64,000 nt of DNA from Desulfobacterales bacterium. GTDB lineage: Bacteria > Desulfobacterota > Desulfobacteria > Desulfobacterales > UBA2174. Positions 38,363 to 48,723 of this stretch are shown here, piece by piece. Made by a program: the position numbers and the translations under genes. Location: contig CAXXWC010000008.1 in the NCBI GenBank assembly GCA_963668645.2, forward strand, positions 96,001 to 160,000, read 5' to 3'. The notes under the pieces are model-generated. The model did no database searches. It was not told the origin of the DNA and saw only the letters and a program-made list of their open reading frames with translations. Position 1 is the stretch's first letter; each line of letters starts with the position of its first letter.

Positions 38363-40023
38363 ATGCCCGATGTGACCACAGTCTACCCGGCCCGCAAGAT
38401 CATCACCATGAACCCGGAAGACCCTGCCGCCAGCGCCGTGGCGGTGCGCCAGGGACGTATCCTGGGCGTGGGGCGCGCCGAAGATCTCGTGGGGTGGATC
38501 AAACGCTCCCCTTTCACGCCGGTGCGGGTGGATCCGACCTTCACCGGTAAAATCCTCATCCCGGGGCTGGTGGACGCTCACACCCACCTGGAGGTCCAGG
38601 CCCTGATCTACAGCGGCCATTTTGTGGCCCAGATCCCCTGGCCCCGACCCGAGGGCGGATTTTTCCCGGTCTATCCGCGCAAAGAGGACGTCCTGGCACG
38701 CCTGGCGGAGCTGGACCACATCCTGCCGCCGGGCGAACTGCTCTACGCGGCGGCCTATGACGAGAACAAGACCGGCGCTTTTCTCCACGTCACGGACCTG
38801 GACCGGATTTCGACCCGGCGATCCATCCTGGTCTCGAACCTGGTGTTTCACCGCTTCTGGGCCAACAGCCATCTGCTGCACAAAGCCGGCATCGGCCCGG
38901 GCAAGATCCCGCAGGGGGTGGAGTGCGACGCCGACGGGCGTCCCAACGGCACCCTGCTCGAAGCCCGGGGGCTGCTGCCGCTGCTGCCGGTCATTCCAGA
39001 TCTGGCCGCCATCACGGCAGCCAAGGTGCGCCGCATCCTGCCGCTGTTTACCGCAGGCGGTTATACCACCGTCTGCGAGGCCGCCCTGGGAGGCTTCGGA
39101 CTGGCGGCGGCGATCGACCTGTTCGCCAACCTGCTTGCCGACGACGCGGTGCACCTGCGGGTCGTCGGCCTGCCCTTTTGCCCTGCCGATGCTGGCGCAT
39201 CTGGGCTCCATGGAGGCGGTGCTGGAACACATCGCTGCCCACCGTCCGCCGCCGGGCGACAAGTTCCGCCTGGGGGCGGTCAAGCTCTATGCGGATGGCT
39301 CGATCATCTCGCGCACCGCTCCCATCGGATGGCCGGGGTACTGGGACGGGTCGCCCGAAGGGAGATGGCAGTGCCCGCCGGACCAACTCAAAAAGATGCT
39401 CATCGCCTGTCACTGTGCCGGCCTGTCCACCGTGACCCACGCCAACAGCCGGGCCGCCATCCAGGCCGTGCTCGACGCGGTGGCCGAGGCTCAGGCACGA
39501 TGCTTTCGGCCGGACATGCGCCACCGGGTGGACCACGCCTACAACATGACCACGGCCCAGTTGCGCCGGGCCGCGGCTCTGGGGGTGGCTGTCTCGTTCT
39601 TCACTCCCCAGATCTACTACTACGGCGATGATCATCTGGTATTGCAGGGACCGGACCGGGCCGGACAGATGACGCCCACCGCCACGGCCCAACGGTTCGG
39701 GGTATCCTGGGGGATTCACAACGACCCACCCGGCACCCCCCAGCTTCCCTGGGTCGGGCTCTGGGCCACGGTCCAGCGTATGACCAGCGGCGGGACCGTC
39801 CTGGGGGCCGGGCAGCGGATGACGGTGGCCGACACCCTGCGGGGCCATGACCATTGAGCACGCCTACCAGCTACATCGCGATGACGAGGTGGGGAGCATC
39901 GAGTTCGGCAAGCGGGCCGACTTTTGCGTGCTGGAAGCCGATCCGCTGGAGATGGATCCGGCGGATTTGAGGCAGGTGCCCGTGTGGGGGACCGTGTTTG
40001 CCGGCGAGCCGAACCCGGCCTGA
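38363..40023 (+). CDS. Amidohydrolase_3 family (YtcJ/NfdA-like); two +1 frameshifts (about 39178 and 39843)
   Basis: PGLVDAHTH, KLYADGS, THANS, RHRVDHA, HNDPP, then AMTIEHAYQ...GSIEFGKRADFCVL...TVFAGEPNPA* at 40023. Confidence 0.85.
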
Positions 40024-40141
40024 GCTTTCCGCCGGCAACCGATCGCGATCGATGATCGTGCCACAGGATTTCGAGGCATGCCGTTGTGCTCCTCGGTTGG
40101 CGTGACGCTCCGGATGTCGCTGGAATCCTGGATTTTATGCC

Positions 40142-40304
40142 TTGACAAGGATTATGGCCGGTGTGTAGTTAGCATCAACTGATTAATGCACTGAGAAATA
40201 GTGCAGGCGCCGGTTCACCGGCGGACCCAAAAAATATTCGGAAAAAATGGCCAAGAAGGCTCTTACGGGAAAGTCCCGGGAGGGTCTGCTTGGCCATTTT
40301 TTTT
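40142..40304 (+). promoter_or_regulatory. Promoter plus structured 5' leader with intrinsic terminator upstream of the TonB receptor
   Basis: TTGACA at 40142; hairpins at 40187-40205 and 40208-40223; long stem AAAAAATGGCCAAG...CTTGGCCATTTTTTTT at 40242-40304. Confidence 0.6.
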
Positions 40305-40398
40305 GTTGCGGCGACCGGATCGGCCGGCTCCGGCAGGGGGGGATTTCATCCCTGGTAAAGGGATCTGCCGGGATGCATGAAAACGGGATAGTTCCACG

Positions 40399-42538
40399 AT
40401 GAGGAGATGGAAGATGAAGAACTGCGCTGGTGACAGATCAAAAGAGGCAAGATGTCGATTGCAGGCGGCGGGACGGATGGCGGCCTGGGGGGTTCTTTTC
40501 ACCGTTGTGTTGTTGTTTTCTCCGATGAATGCAGCGGCGGGTGAGGAGGAAAAAGAGGCCACGGTACTGGAGGATGTCATCGTCACGGAGGCGCCCTACA
40601 GCAACCCGGTCACGCCGGTTCTCAGCCGCTACGGGACCCAGCACAACGTGGTGACCGAGGAGCAGATCGAGCGGCAAACCAACCTCGATTTCCAGTCCAC
40701 CCTGCGCAACGTGCCCGGGGTGATGTTTCAGAGCAAGAACCTCATGGGCAGCCAGACCAGCCACAGTCTTTACATCCGAGGCCGGGGCGCCAGCCATCCC
40801 AGCTCCGATTTCGCCGTCGAGTTCGATGGGGTGCCTCGCTACGGGGCCCTTTTCGGCCAGGTGCTCGGCGACGGCATCGCGCTGTCCACCATCGGCGAGA
40901 TAGAGGTGTTCAAGAGCCCGCAGCCCTCCGAGTTCGGCAACGGTTATGCATCGCTGAACATCCTGCCGAAGTACCTCACCGAAGAAGGCCAGCAGTGGGA
41001 CGTTGATTTCAGCGGCGGTAGTTACGGTACCTTCGGGGAGAGTGTTTCCGGGGGCATGAAAAGCGGCCGCTTTGATTATTACGTCTCCCAGAGCTGGGCT
41101 TCCACGGACGGCCATAAGGATCACTCGCGCGCCCAGCAGCAAAACTACTATGCCAACGCCGGCTATCAGCTCAACGACGCATGGAATGTGCGCCTGCTGA
41201 CCAACTGGGTCGGCAGCCAGACCGTGGCCCCCCGGCCGGATTCCATTCCCACGGCCAGCAACGGTGTTTCATGGCCCGGTGCTGAGCGCTACGACACCGA
41301 GACCTTTCTGAGCACCCTCACCATCAACCACCATTACGAACATGTGGCCGGTTATCTGAAGGCCTACCTCAACGAAACCGATTTCGACCTGCTCCAGGAG
41401 CTCACCAGCGGCCAGCGGTACGCCGGAGGAACCGGCGGGCTCTGGTCCCGTCAGGAGATTTCGCTCTACGGGCTGCGGGGCAAGGAGACGCTGCACCTGT
41501 GGCCGGGTGGGGAAGTGCTGGTCGGTGCGGATCTGGACAGGAGTGAGTTGAAAAACACCCAGCACACTTACAGTGGCCTGGCCGTGGCCGGGATCAACGG
41601 CGGTCTGGCCGAGCGGAGCTGGGACTATCCGTCGACCACCCTGTTTTCCCCCCTATGCGGCGGCCAGTCAGTACATCGGCCGGGCGGAGGGTTTCCACCT
41701 CATTCCCTCGGCCGGTTTCCGCTATTACAACCACAGTGAGTTTGAAGACATCTCCTCGCCCCAGGCCGGGCTGGTGGCCGGCTACGCCAACACCGACCTG
41801 AATTTCAGCTACGCCCGGGGCGTCAACTACCCGACGGCAGTGGTGGTGATGAACGCGGTGGTCTCCAATTCGACCATCACCGATCCGGCCGCGTGGTGGC
41901 AGAAAATCAAGCCCGAGGTGGTCGATCACTACGAGGTGGGAGTGACCCATACCTGGCCGGAGCTGGCCTCGGTGAGCGTGACGGCGTTCAAGGACAAGGG
42001 CAAGGACCGTTTCCAGGCTTACATGTACGGCATGGTGCCGGCGGTCTTCAATGATCCGGTGGGGCGCTATGAGATTCAAGGCCTGGAAGTTTCCGGTACC
42101 CTGAGCCCGACGGCCCGCATCGAGTGTTTCGCCTCTGGCACCTGGCTGGATCCCGAAGCCACCGGCAACAACGGTGTCGAATGTGATTATATGCCCTACA
42201 CTCCCGAGTTTCAGTTTCAGGCCGGCATCAACTGGAAGGTGACCGAAACCGTATCGCTCTACCTGGACATGCAGCACCTCCAGGATCTGTACCAGGGCAC
42301 GGTGCGCCGCAGCAACACCCTCAACTATGCCCAGCTGACCGAAGCGGACAAGCTCAGCGACATTACCCTGTTCAACGCCCGCATCGCTTACAGCTTCGAC
42401 TATGCCCCGATGCAGTTGAAGGGATCGGAACTGTTTCTGGCGGCCAACAACATCTTCGATGAGCACTATGAATATGCCAAAGGTTATGAGATGCCCGGCG
42501 CCACGGTTTTCGCCGGGGCCAGTCTGAGGTTCAGGTAG
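40399..42538 (+). CDS. TonB-dependent outer membrane receptor; +1 frameshift near 41650 (start uncertain)
   Basis: TonB-box-like LEDVIVT, plug LRNVPGV...IRGRG...DGVP...IEVFK, C-terminal NNIFDEHYEY...PGATVFAGASLRF; extra C in a C-run. Confidence 0.88.
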
Positions 42539-42572
42539 GCCGGAGACGCAGTTTTTTCGCTGGACTGCAAAG

Positions 42573-43409
42573 GTGGACAAGATGATCGATCGTTCAAGGT
42601 GTTTTGTTCGGGATGCAATCTTTGTGCTGGCCGCCGCGGTGGTTTCCCTGTGGGTCTCATGGGGGCAGGCGGCCGCTGCGCCGCGCACCATCGTCACATC
42701 GGATACGATTTTGGCCGGGATTATCGAAGCGCTCCTGCCGCCGGACAGGTACCGCGTGGAGGCCATTTTGCCGCCGAACCAATGTCCCGGCCACTATGAC
42801 ATCAAGCTTTCGGACGTTCAAAAGACCCAGAAGGCCGCCTTGCTCGTTTCGTTTCGCGGCATGCCGTTCATGAAAAAGGCGTCCTCCGGCGGGGCCCAGC
42901 TCCTCGTCGATGCCGGGGGCCGCAACTGGATGCGGCCGGATGTCTACGTTGACGGCTTGAATCTTCTGGCCGAGGAGCTGGCGGCCCGTTTTCCCCGGGA
43001 CCGCGATGCCATCGCAGCCCGCCGGCAAGAGGCGATGGACCGGATAAACGCAGCGGCCGCCGCCCTTCTGGAAAAAATCAGGCAGGCCGGACTCCAGGGC
43101 CGCGCCGTGCTGGCTTCCCGGATGCAAAAGGAGCCCCTTGAATGGATGGGATTTTCCGTCGCCGGGGCCTATGGCAGGCCGGAGGCCATCTCAGCGCGTG
43201 AAATCGTGCGGCTGACCATGGCCGGCCGGCGCTACCGGGCCGTGGCGGTGGTGGACAACCTGCAGTCCGGTCCGGATGCCGGCAAAGGGATCGCCGAAGC
43301 CTTGGGGGTGGTGCATCTGGTGCTGACCAATTTCCCCTCGGCCGAAGGCTATCTTGCCACTCTGGAGGCGAATGTGGATGCTGTCTTGGCAGCACTGGCG
43401 GCAAAATGA
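42573..43409 (+). CDS. Metal ABC transporter substrate-binding protein, ZnuA/TroA-like with atypical ligands
   Basis: Signal peptide; ILPPNQCPGHYDIKLSD; operon context with an ABC-3 permease. Confidence 0.78.
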   Translation: MDKMIDRSRCFVRDAIFVLAAAVVSLWVSWGQAAAAPRTIVTSDTILAGIIEALLPPDRYRVEAILPPNQCPGHYDIKLSDVQKTQKAALLVSFRGMPFMKKASSGGAQLLVDAGGRNWMRPDVYVDGLNLLAEELAARFPRDRDAIAARRQEAMDRINAAAAALLEKIRQAGLQGRAVLASRMQKEPLEWMGFSVAGAYGRPEAISAREIVRLTMAGRRYRAVAVVDNLQSGPDAGKGIAEALGVVHLVLTNFPSAEGYLATLEANVDAVLAALAAK

Positions 43410-43431
43410 TGCTGAAAGAGGCGATCAGATC

Positions 43432-44208
43432 ATGGGCGATGGCGTCCTGAAGCTGAGTGCAGTTACGGTCCGCAAAGGCCACCGGCTGCTGCTGGACGCC
43501 ATCGACCTGAACGTATCGGCCAACGAACTGGTGGGGCTCATAGGCCCCAACGGCGCCGGCAAGACCACCCTGCTCAACGTCGTCGCGGGGTTCGAACGCT
43601 TCCACGGAGAGCTGGATCTCTTCGGCCGGCCGGTGGCCTGGAACCGGTCGCGTTCATTGCGGCTTCGGGTCGGCTACATTCCTCAGATGTTTCAGATCGA
43701 TCCGGCCTTTCCCATCCTGGCCGGCGAGGCGGTGATGACCGGCGCCATCGGCCGCATCGGGCTGTTTCGCTCACCGGACCGGCAAACCCGCCGCCGGGCC
43801 CTGGAACTGATGGAGATGATGCGCGTTGCCCATCTGGCCGACCAACCCCTGGGGCAACTTTCCGGGGGCGAGCGGCAGAAGGTTTCCCTGGCGCGCGCTA
43901 TCCTCCAGCGGCCGGATCTGCTGCTGATGGACGAACCGACGGCCAACCTGGACATCGCCGTGCAAAAGGAGGTGCTCAACCTGGTGGACGCCATTCACCG
44001 CCGCGAGGGGTTGTCGATTCTGTTCGTCACCCACGATTTCAACATGCTGCCGCGCGCCATGCACCGCGCCGTGCTCCTGGACCGCGGCCGAAAAGTTTTC
44101 GATGGCAGAATCGAGGAGGCCCTTTCCGGGGCCGTGCTCAGCCGGCTGTTCCGTTACCCGCTGGAGACCTTCGAACGCAACGGCAGGAGGTTTGTCTCCT
44201 ATGGTTGA
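43432..44208 (+). CDS. Metal ABC transporter ATP-binding protein, ZnuC-like
   Basis: GPNGAGKTT, VGYIPQ, LSGGERQK, MDEPT, VTHD. Confidence 0.9.
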   Translation: MGDGVLKLSAVTVRKGHRLLLDAIDLNVSANELVGLIGPNGAGKTTLLNVVAGFERFHGELDLFGRPVAWNRSRSLRLRVGYIPQMFQIDPAFPILAGEAVMTGAIGRIGLFRSPDRQTRRRALELMEMMRVAHLADQPLGQLSGGERQKVSLARAILQRPDLLLMDEPTANLDIAVQKEVLNLVDAIHRREGLSILFVTHDFNMLPRAMHRAVLLDRGRKVFDGRIEEALSGAVLSRLFRYPLETFERNGRRFVSYG

Positions 44209-45064
44209 GACCCTGATGGATCTTTTTGCCTGCCCGCCCATTCAGCGTGCCGCTTTGGCCTGCCTGCTTTGCGGTGCGAGCTGCTCGCTGTTGTCGGTTT
44301 TCGTGGTGCTGATGCGAATGCCGCTGATCGGGGTGTCCATGTCTCATGCCGCCTTTGCCGGGGCCGTGCTGGGGATGCTGCTGGACGTCAACGCCTTTTT
44401 GAGCGGTTTTGCCCTATGCCTGCTGGTAGCCGGGATGCTGGGGCCGCTAACCGACCGTACCGAGATGGCTCCGGAGAACGTTCTGGGGATTTTATTCTCC
44501 TTTTTGATGGGACTGGCCTTTCTCGGGATGGGCATTCTGACCAGAACCAAGGCCGGCGCGCTCAATCTCATGTGGGGCAGCCTGCTGACTCTGTCCGACA
44601 GCGATGTGATGGTTCTGGCAGTGATCACTGCGGTCCTGGTGGTTTTCATCGTCGCTTTTTTCAAGGAGATCCGGTCGGTGCTGTTCAACCGGAGGCTCGC
44701 GGCGGCCAGCGGGGTGCCCCAACGGATGATCTACTATACCCTGCTGCTTTTGACCGGGGCCGTCGTCTCTTCAAACCTGGCCACGGTGGGCGGGCTGCTG
44801 ATTTTTGCGCTGCTCGTACAACCCGGGGCCACGGCCCTTCAGTTGACCTTCAACCTCAAACATTTTTTTATCATCTCGGCCGCTGCGGGGATTGGAGCCT
44901 GCTGCCTCGGCCTGGTGGTCTCGTACCTCTTCGATCTTCCGTCCGGTGCCTCGGTGGTCCTGATGGCGACGGTTATCTTCGCCGCCGCTTATCTGTTCTC
45001 ACCCAAACGCCGCTCGGCCAAACTCAAGGAAAGGATGGAGGCGCATGGAAATGACGCCGGATGA
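44201..45064 (+). CDS. Metal ABC transporter permease, ZnuB/ABC-3 family
   Basis: SMSHAAFAG, LMWGSLL, VGGLLIFALLVQP, DLPSGA. Confidence 0.9.
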   Translation: MVETLMDLFACPPIQRAALACLLCGASCSLLSVFVVLMRMPLIGVSMSHAAFAGAVLGMLLDVNAFLSGFALCLLVAGMLGPLTDRTEMAPENVLGILFSFLMGLAFLGMGILTRTKAGALNLMWGSLLTLSDSDVMVLAVITAVLVVFIVAFFKEIRSVLFNRRLAAASGVPQRMIYYTLLLLTGAVVSSNLATVGGLLIFALLVQPGATALQLTFNLKHFFIISAAAGIGACCLGLVVSYLFDLPSGASVVLMATVIFAAAYLFSPKRRSAKLKERMEAHGNDAG

Positions 45065-45755
45065 AATCTATCGTGCCCGCAGGTGCTTCTTTGATGAAAG
45101 TGCCGAAAGGTGGCTCGACGCCTGGTACAAAGACCCGGAGACCGGCCGTTACGACAAACACGCCAAGGACTTCGATCGGCTGTTTGCCATACTGCCTCTC
45201 AAGCCCGGCGATCGGGTCCTGGACGTCGGATGCGGCACAGGCGTGCTCATTCCCTTTATACTAGAGCGCATCAAGGCCGCCGGAAAGCTCATCGAGCTGG
45301 ACTTCTCACAGCAGATGATCGCCCACAACCGGCGTTTTCATGAGGCGCAAAACATCGATTTTATCGTTTCCGATGCGGAGCAGGCCCCCCTTGACGAGGC
45401 CTGCTGCGACGTGGTGATCTGCTTTTCCTGCTTCCCGCATTTTCACGACAAGGCCATGGCCTTGGGCACGCTGACCCGCATTCTCAAACCGCAAGGCACC
45501 TTCGTCGTGGCCCATTTCGGTTCGGCCGAGGAAATCAACCGCCACCACGAATCCTGCCGGGCCGTCATGCACGACCACCTGCCGGATGAGACCGAAGTGC
45601 GCGCGCTGTTCCAAAAAGCCGGGCTGAGTATCGAACGCTTCACCGATGAAGCGGGGTTCTACTGCGTGCTGGCAGCCAAGAAGCCCCAAGAAGACAACCA
45701 CCGTATCGATGAGATTCACACCGCGGCTGAAAGGATACCGAAGATTGAAGGGTAG
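45045..45755 (+). CDS. Class I SAM-dependent methyltransferase
   Basis: VLDVGCGTG, LDFSQQM, CFPHF, LKPQG. Confidence 0.88.
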   Translation: MEMTPDEIYRARRCFFDESAERWLDAWYKDPETGRYDKHAKDFDRLFAILPLKPGDRVLDVGCGTGVLIPFILERIKAAGKLIELDFSQQMIAHNRRFHEAQNIDFIVSDAEQAPLDEACCDVVICFSCFPHFHDKAMALGTLTRILKPQGTFVVAHFGSAEEINRHHESCRAVMHDHLPDETEVRALFQKAGLSIERFTDEAGFYCVLAAKKPQEDNHRIDEIHTAAERIPKIEG

Positions 45756-45784
45756 CTGGAGGTCTCGATTTTTTCGACCCTCTT

Positions 45785-46273
45785 TTACCAATCCCCTCGA
45801 TCGTCGATTTCCGGATTGACAAACAAAACCTCAACCGTGCCTTGCTGCGGATCCATGCGAACACTGCGGGCAAAGACATTGGAGAACCAGAGCCCGATAA
45901 TCTTCCCATCAGGGGCTTTGATATACGCGCCGTAAGGGGCTTTTTGCACCTCCTGGTAGATGTTGCGGCTCATTTTGCCGAGCACCGCCGTTTGCGGATC
46001 CAACGGGACCCATAAACGTGAAGGGACGCTGTACTTACGGTCGATGGCCATAATGGCATAGGGCATGGTGTCCCTGCCGGCATAAAAATATTGATATTCC
46101 GATCGGATGATCCCGCTGCGAAAATCATCGCCGACCGCCTTGTCGACGGCAAAACCCCCATAGTGTTGCATGCAGGCGGCCAAGGACAGGATCAAAACGA
46201 GCGCTGCCGCCAGGCCCTTTGTATTGCCCGGGCAGCGGCCATGGGAAGGAGGCTGCGGATTTCGGTCGCACAT
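45785..46273 (-). CDS. Hypothetical lipoprotein
   Basis: GGAG RBS before ATG 46273; hydrophobic stretch ending in lipobox LAAC; globular remainder. Confidence 0.6.
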   Translation of the reverse strand: MCDRNPQPPSHGRCPGNTKGLAAALVLILSLAACMQHYGGFAVDKAVGDDFRSGIIRSEYQYFYAGRDTMPYAIMAIDRKYSVPSRLWVPLDPQTAVLGKMSRNIYQEVQKAPYGAYIKAPDGKIIGLWFSNVFARSVRMDPQQGTVEVLFVNPEIDDRGDW

Positions 46274-46804
46274 GGGATGACTCCAGCCGATCTTGTTAGC
46301 GTTCATTACAACGCGTTTGTGTCCGGCCCCTGCCAGGCGGCAAGGTCTTCCTCTATGGCACTGCCCCGTGCCGGTTGGAACAAGACGTTGGGTTTGGCAT
46401 TTACTCCAGGCACGGCCTGGCTCTTCCTGGCACCGGTTTGCCACTTGTGGGCAGGCGTGTCAACGCTTGCCAATATGGTGCAAACCTGTCCATTATGCCC
46501 GCTTGACTTTCCCTGGGCCGGAGTTATCGTTTCGTTCAAAAAGGTTAACCGCTTGAATGCACATCATAACACCTTTTCAGGTGGGCAATTTCGGAGGTGA
46601 TATTATGTGTGCCTTACCAGTGCAATCAATCCGCTTCACATAGCTTACGGCAAGGGCCGGTCATCCAAACCGGCCGAATCGTAAAAGGGCAATCTCGATC
46701 GGTTGCCCCTGTGAGCGAAACGCTCACGATGGGGCCACACGGAAGGATTGCGCGTGAGCCATGGCCGTTGAACGACGACCGTTATCAGAAAAGGAGGTTG
46801 AATC

Positions 46805-47266
46805 ATGCTTGAACGCAGAATCTATCCCGCAATGTCTTACGGCAGCCGCGGCGTTTTCGAAGGGTTGGACCTGGTGCGCCGCTATCTCGATCGGCTCAGC
46901 GAAGGGGTTTTCGGCGAGCAGTCTTTGAGCCGCAGCCTTTCATCCGGTGTATTTCCGGCTATCAACCTGACCCAGGACACGGATAATTTTTACGTGCGCG
47001 CGGAATTGCCCGGGATGAATGCCGATCAGCTGGGCATCGAGGTGGTGGGACGCAACCTGACCATCGCCGGCGAGCGAAAAATCGGCCAGGATGAAAACGT
47101 GCGCTACCATCGCCGCGAGCGCGAAGCCGGATCGTTTTCGCGCATCATCGATCTTCCGGGCGATTTCGATGCCGAAAAGGTCGAGGCCGCAATGGTCAAC
47201 GGGATTTTGACCGTCACCCTGCCCAAGGCCGGGGCGGCCAAACCGAGACAGATCAGCGTCAGATAA
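46805..47266 (+). CDS. Hsp20/alpha-crystallin small heat shock protein
   Basis: FPAINL, AELPG, LTIAGERK, GSFSR, NGILTVTLPK. Confidence 0.93.
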   Translation: MLERRIYPAMSYGSRGVFEGLDLVRRYLDRLSEGVFGEQSLSRSLSSGVFPAINLTQDTDNFYVRAELPGMNADQLGIEVVGRNLTIAGERKIGQDENVRYHRREREAGSFSRIIDLPGDFDAEKVEAAMVNGILTVTLPKAGAAKPRQISVR

Positions 47267-47293
47267 TTCATGGCGTTAAAGGAGGGATGAACA

Positions 47294-47698
47294 ATGACCC
47301 AATCGAGAGAAATTCAGGTAAGAGAAAAACAGGAGTTGGCGACCCCGGCCGAGCAGACCAAGACCGGCCCGGTTTTTATCCCGGCGGTGGATATTTGCGA
47401 AACGGATACCGCCATCGTGATGGCCGCCGATATGCCGGGGGTGGCCCCGGAGGACATTCAGATCGACCTGCACGAAGATGTGTTGACCATTTCCGGTGAT
47501 GTCAGGCCCTTCGAGGGGGCAGAGGAGAACGACATCCTGGTGGAATTCGAAATCGGGCGCTTCTTTCGCCAATTTACCCTGACCGAGGTCATCGATCAGG
47601 AAGGGATCGAGGCCAATCACCGGGACGGCATTCTGCATCTTACGCTGCCCAAACAACAAAAGGCGCTGCCACGCAAAATCACGGTGAGCGCCGTCTGA
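47294..47698 (+). CDS. Hsp20/alpha-crystallin small heat shock protein (second of a tandem pair)
   Basis: PAVDI, ADMPGV, FFRQFTL, DGILHLTLPK. Confidence 0.92.
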   Translation: MTQSREIQVREKQELATPAEQTKTGPVFIPAVDICETDTAIVMAADMPGVAPEDIQIDLHEDVLTISGDVRPFEGAEENDILVEFEIGRFFRQFTLTEVIDQEGIEANHRDGILHLTLPKQQKALPRKITVSAV

Positions 47699-47722
47699 TC
47701 TTCCAGAACAGGTATGTTTGAT

Positions 47723-47753
47723 AAGGTGGGCCGGCAGCCGGCCGGCCCACCTT
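47723..47753. terminator. Hairpin between the convergent hsp20 and racemase genes
   Basis: AAGGTGGGCCGGC-AGCCG-GCCGGCCCACCTT. Confidence 0.7.
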
Positions 47754-47813
47754 TACGATGGCCCCTTCATTGCCCGCATAACCGGTGTGGTTGGGCGGTG
47801 CATTGCGGCCGGG

Positions 47814-48506
47814 TTAATCCAGTGCCCGGGCCACCGCTGCGGCGGCATGGATCAGGGTAGTGTCGTAAAGGGGCATGGCAGTGTCCTTAGGACCGATGAG
47901 CAGACCCAGTTCGGTGCAGCCGAGGATAACGGCCTGGGCCCCCATGGCGCCGAGACCGTCCACGATATCCAGCATGGCCCTTTGCGATGCTGAATTACTG
48001 ATCCCGAGGCACAGCTCCTGGAAGATGATCCTGTCGATCCGTTGCCGGTCCGCCGCCTCGGGCACCACGACCTGCAAACCGTAGCGCTCGACGAGCCGCC
48101 CCTTGTAAAAGTCCTGCTCCATGGTGACCGCCGTTCCCAAAAGACCGACCTTTCTGATCCCATCCCTGACCAGGGCTTCGGCCGTGGCGTCGGCGATATG
48201 CAGCAGCGGGATTTCCACCGAACGCGCTACCGCCTCGGCCACCCGGTGCATGGTGTTGGTGCAAATGAGCAGAAAATCCGCGCCTCCGGACGCCACGCGC
48301 CGGGCACCTTCTGCCAGGGCCGCGGTCACGGCCTGCCAGTTGCCGGCGCGCAGCATCTCTTCGATGGGCGCGAAATCGACGCTGTACAGGACGATGCGCG
48401 CCGAGTGCAACCCGCCGCAGCGGGCTTTGATGCCCTGGTTGATCTCGCGGTAGTACCCGACTGTGCTTTCCCAGCTCATGCCGCCTAAAAGACCGATGGT
48501 TTTCAT
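47814..48506 (-). CDS. Aspartate/glutamate racemase family protein, YgeA/RacX-like
   Basis: MKTIGLLGGMSWEST, ICTNTMH, LGCTEL. Confidence 0.92.
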   Translation of the reverse strand: MKTIGLLGGMSWESTVGYYREINQGIKARCGGLHSARIVLYSVDFAPIEEMLRAGNWQAVTAALAEGARRVASGGADFLLICTNTMHRVAEAVARSVEIPLLHIADATAEALVRDGIRKVGLLGTAVTMEQDFYKGRLVERYGLQVVVPEAADRQRIDRIIFQELCLGISNSASQRAMLDIVDGLGAMGAQAVILGCTELGLLIGPKDTAMPLYDTTLIHAAAAVARALD

Positions 48507-48723
48507 CTTTCGCCTGTTTTTCCGTTGTATGTTATCCCGCCGGCAAAGCCCCGCTCCGGTTGTCCGCCCCGGTCTTCCCGGCTCCTTGCGGGACTAGAAC
48601 TACTTGAAGTCTCATCCGGTTTGATATAGGAAGATAGCAATTCGCCCCCGGCCTGAATATCAAGATTGCAGCGACCCCGGGCCGGGCCAGTTGATGTAAA
48701 TCCCCAAATCAATCCATGTGCCG

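Noticed and set aside
40180..40400. Cobalamin riboswitch or ANTAR dual hairpin upstream of the TonB receptor
   Set aside because: No B12-box core or paired hexaloop consensus could be matched by eye; kept only as an unclassified leader.
46450..46804. CIRCE or sigma-32 element upstream of the hsp20 pair, and ORF 46597-46812
   Set aside because: No TTAGCACTC-N9-GAGTGCTAA or convincing sigma-32 -10 box; the small ORF has no recognisable features.
47814..48506. Racemase as the missing ornithine racemase for the ord-ort operon
   Set aside because: It lies more than 34 kb away and belongs to the PLP-independent family, unlike Orr; nothing links the two.
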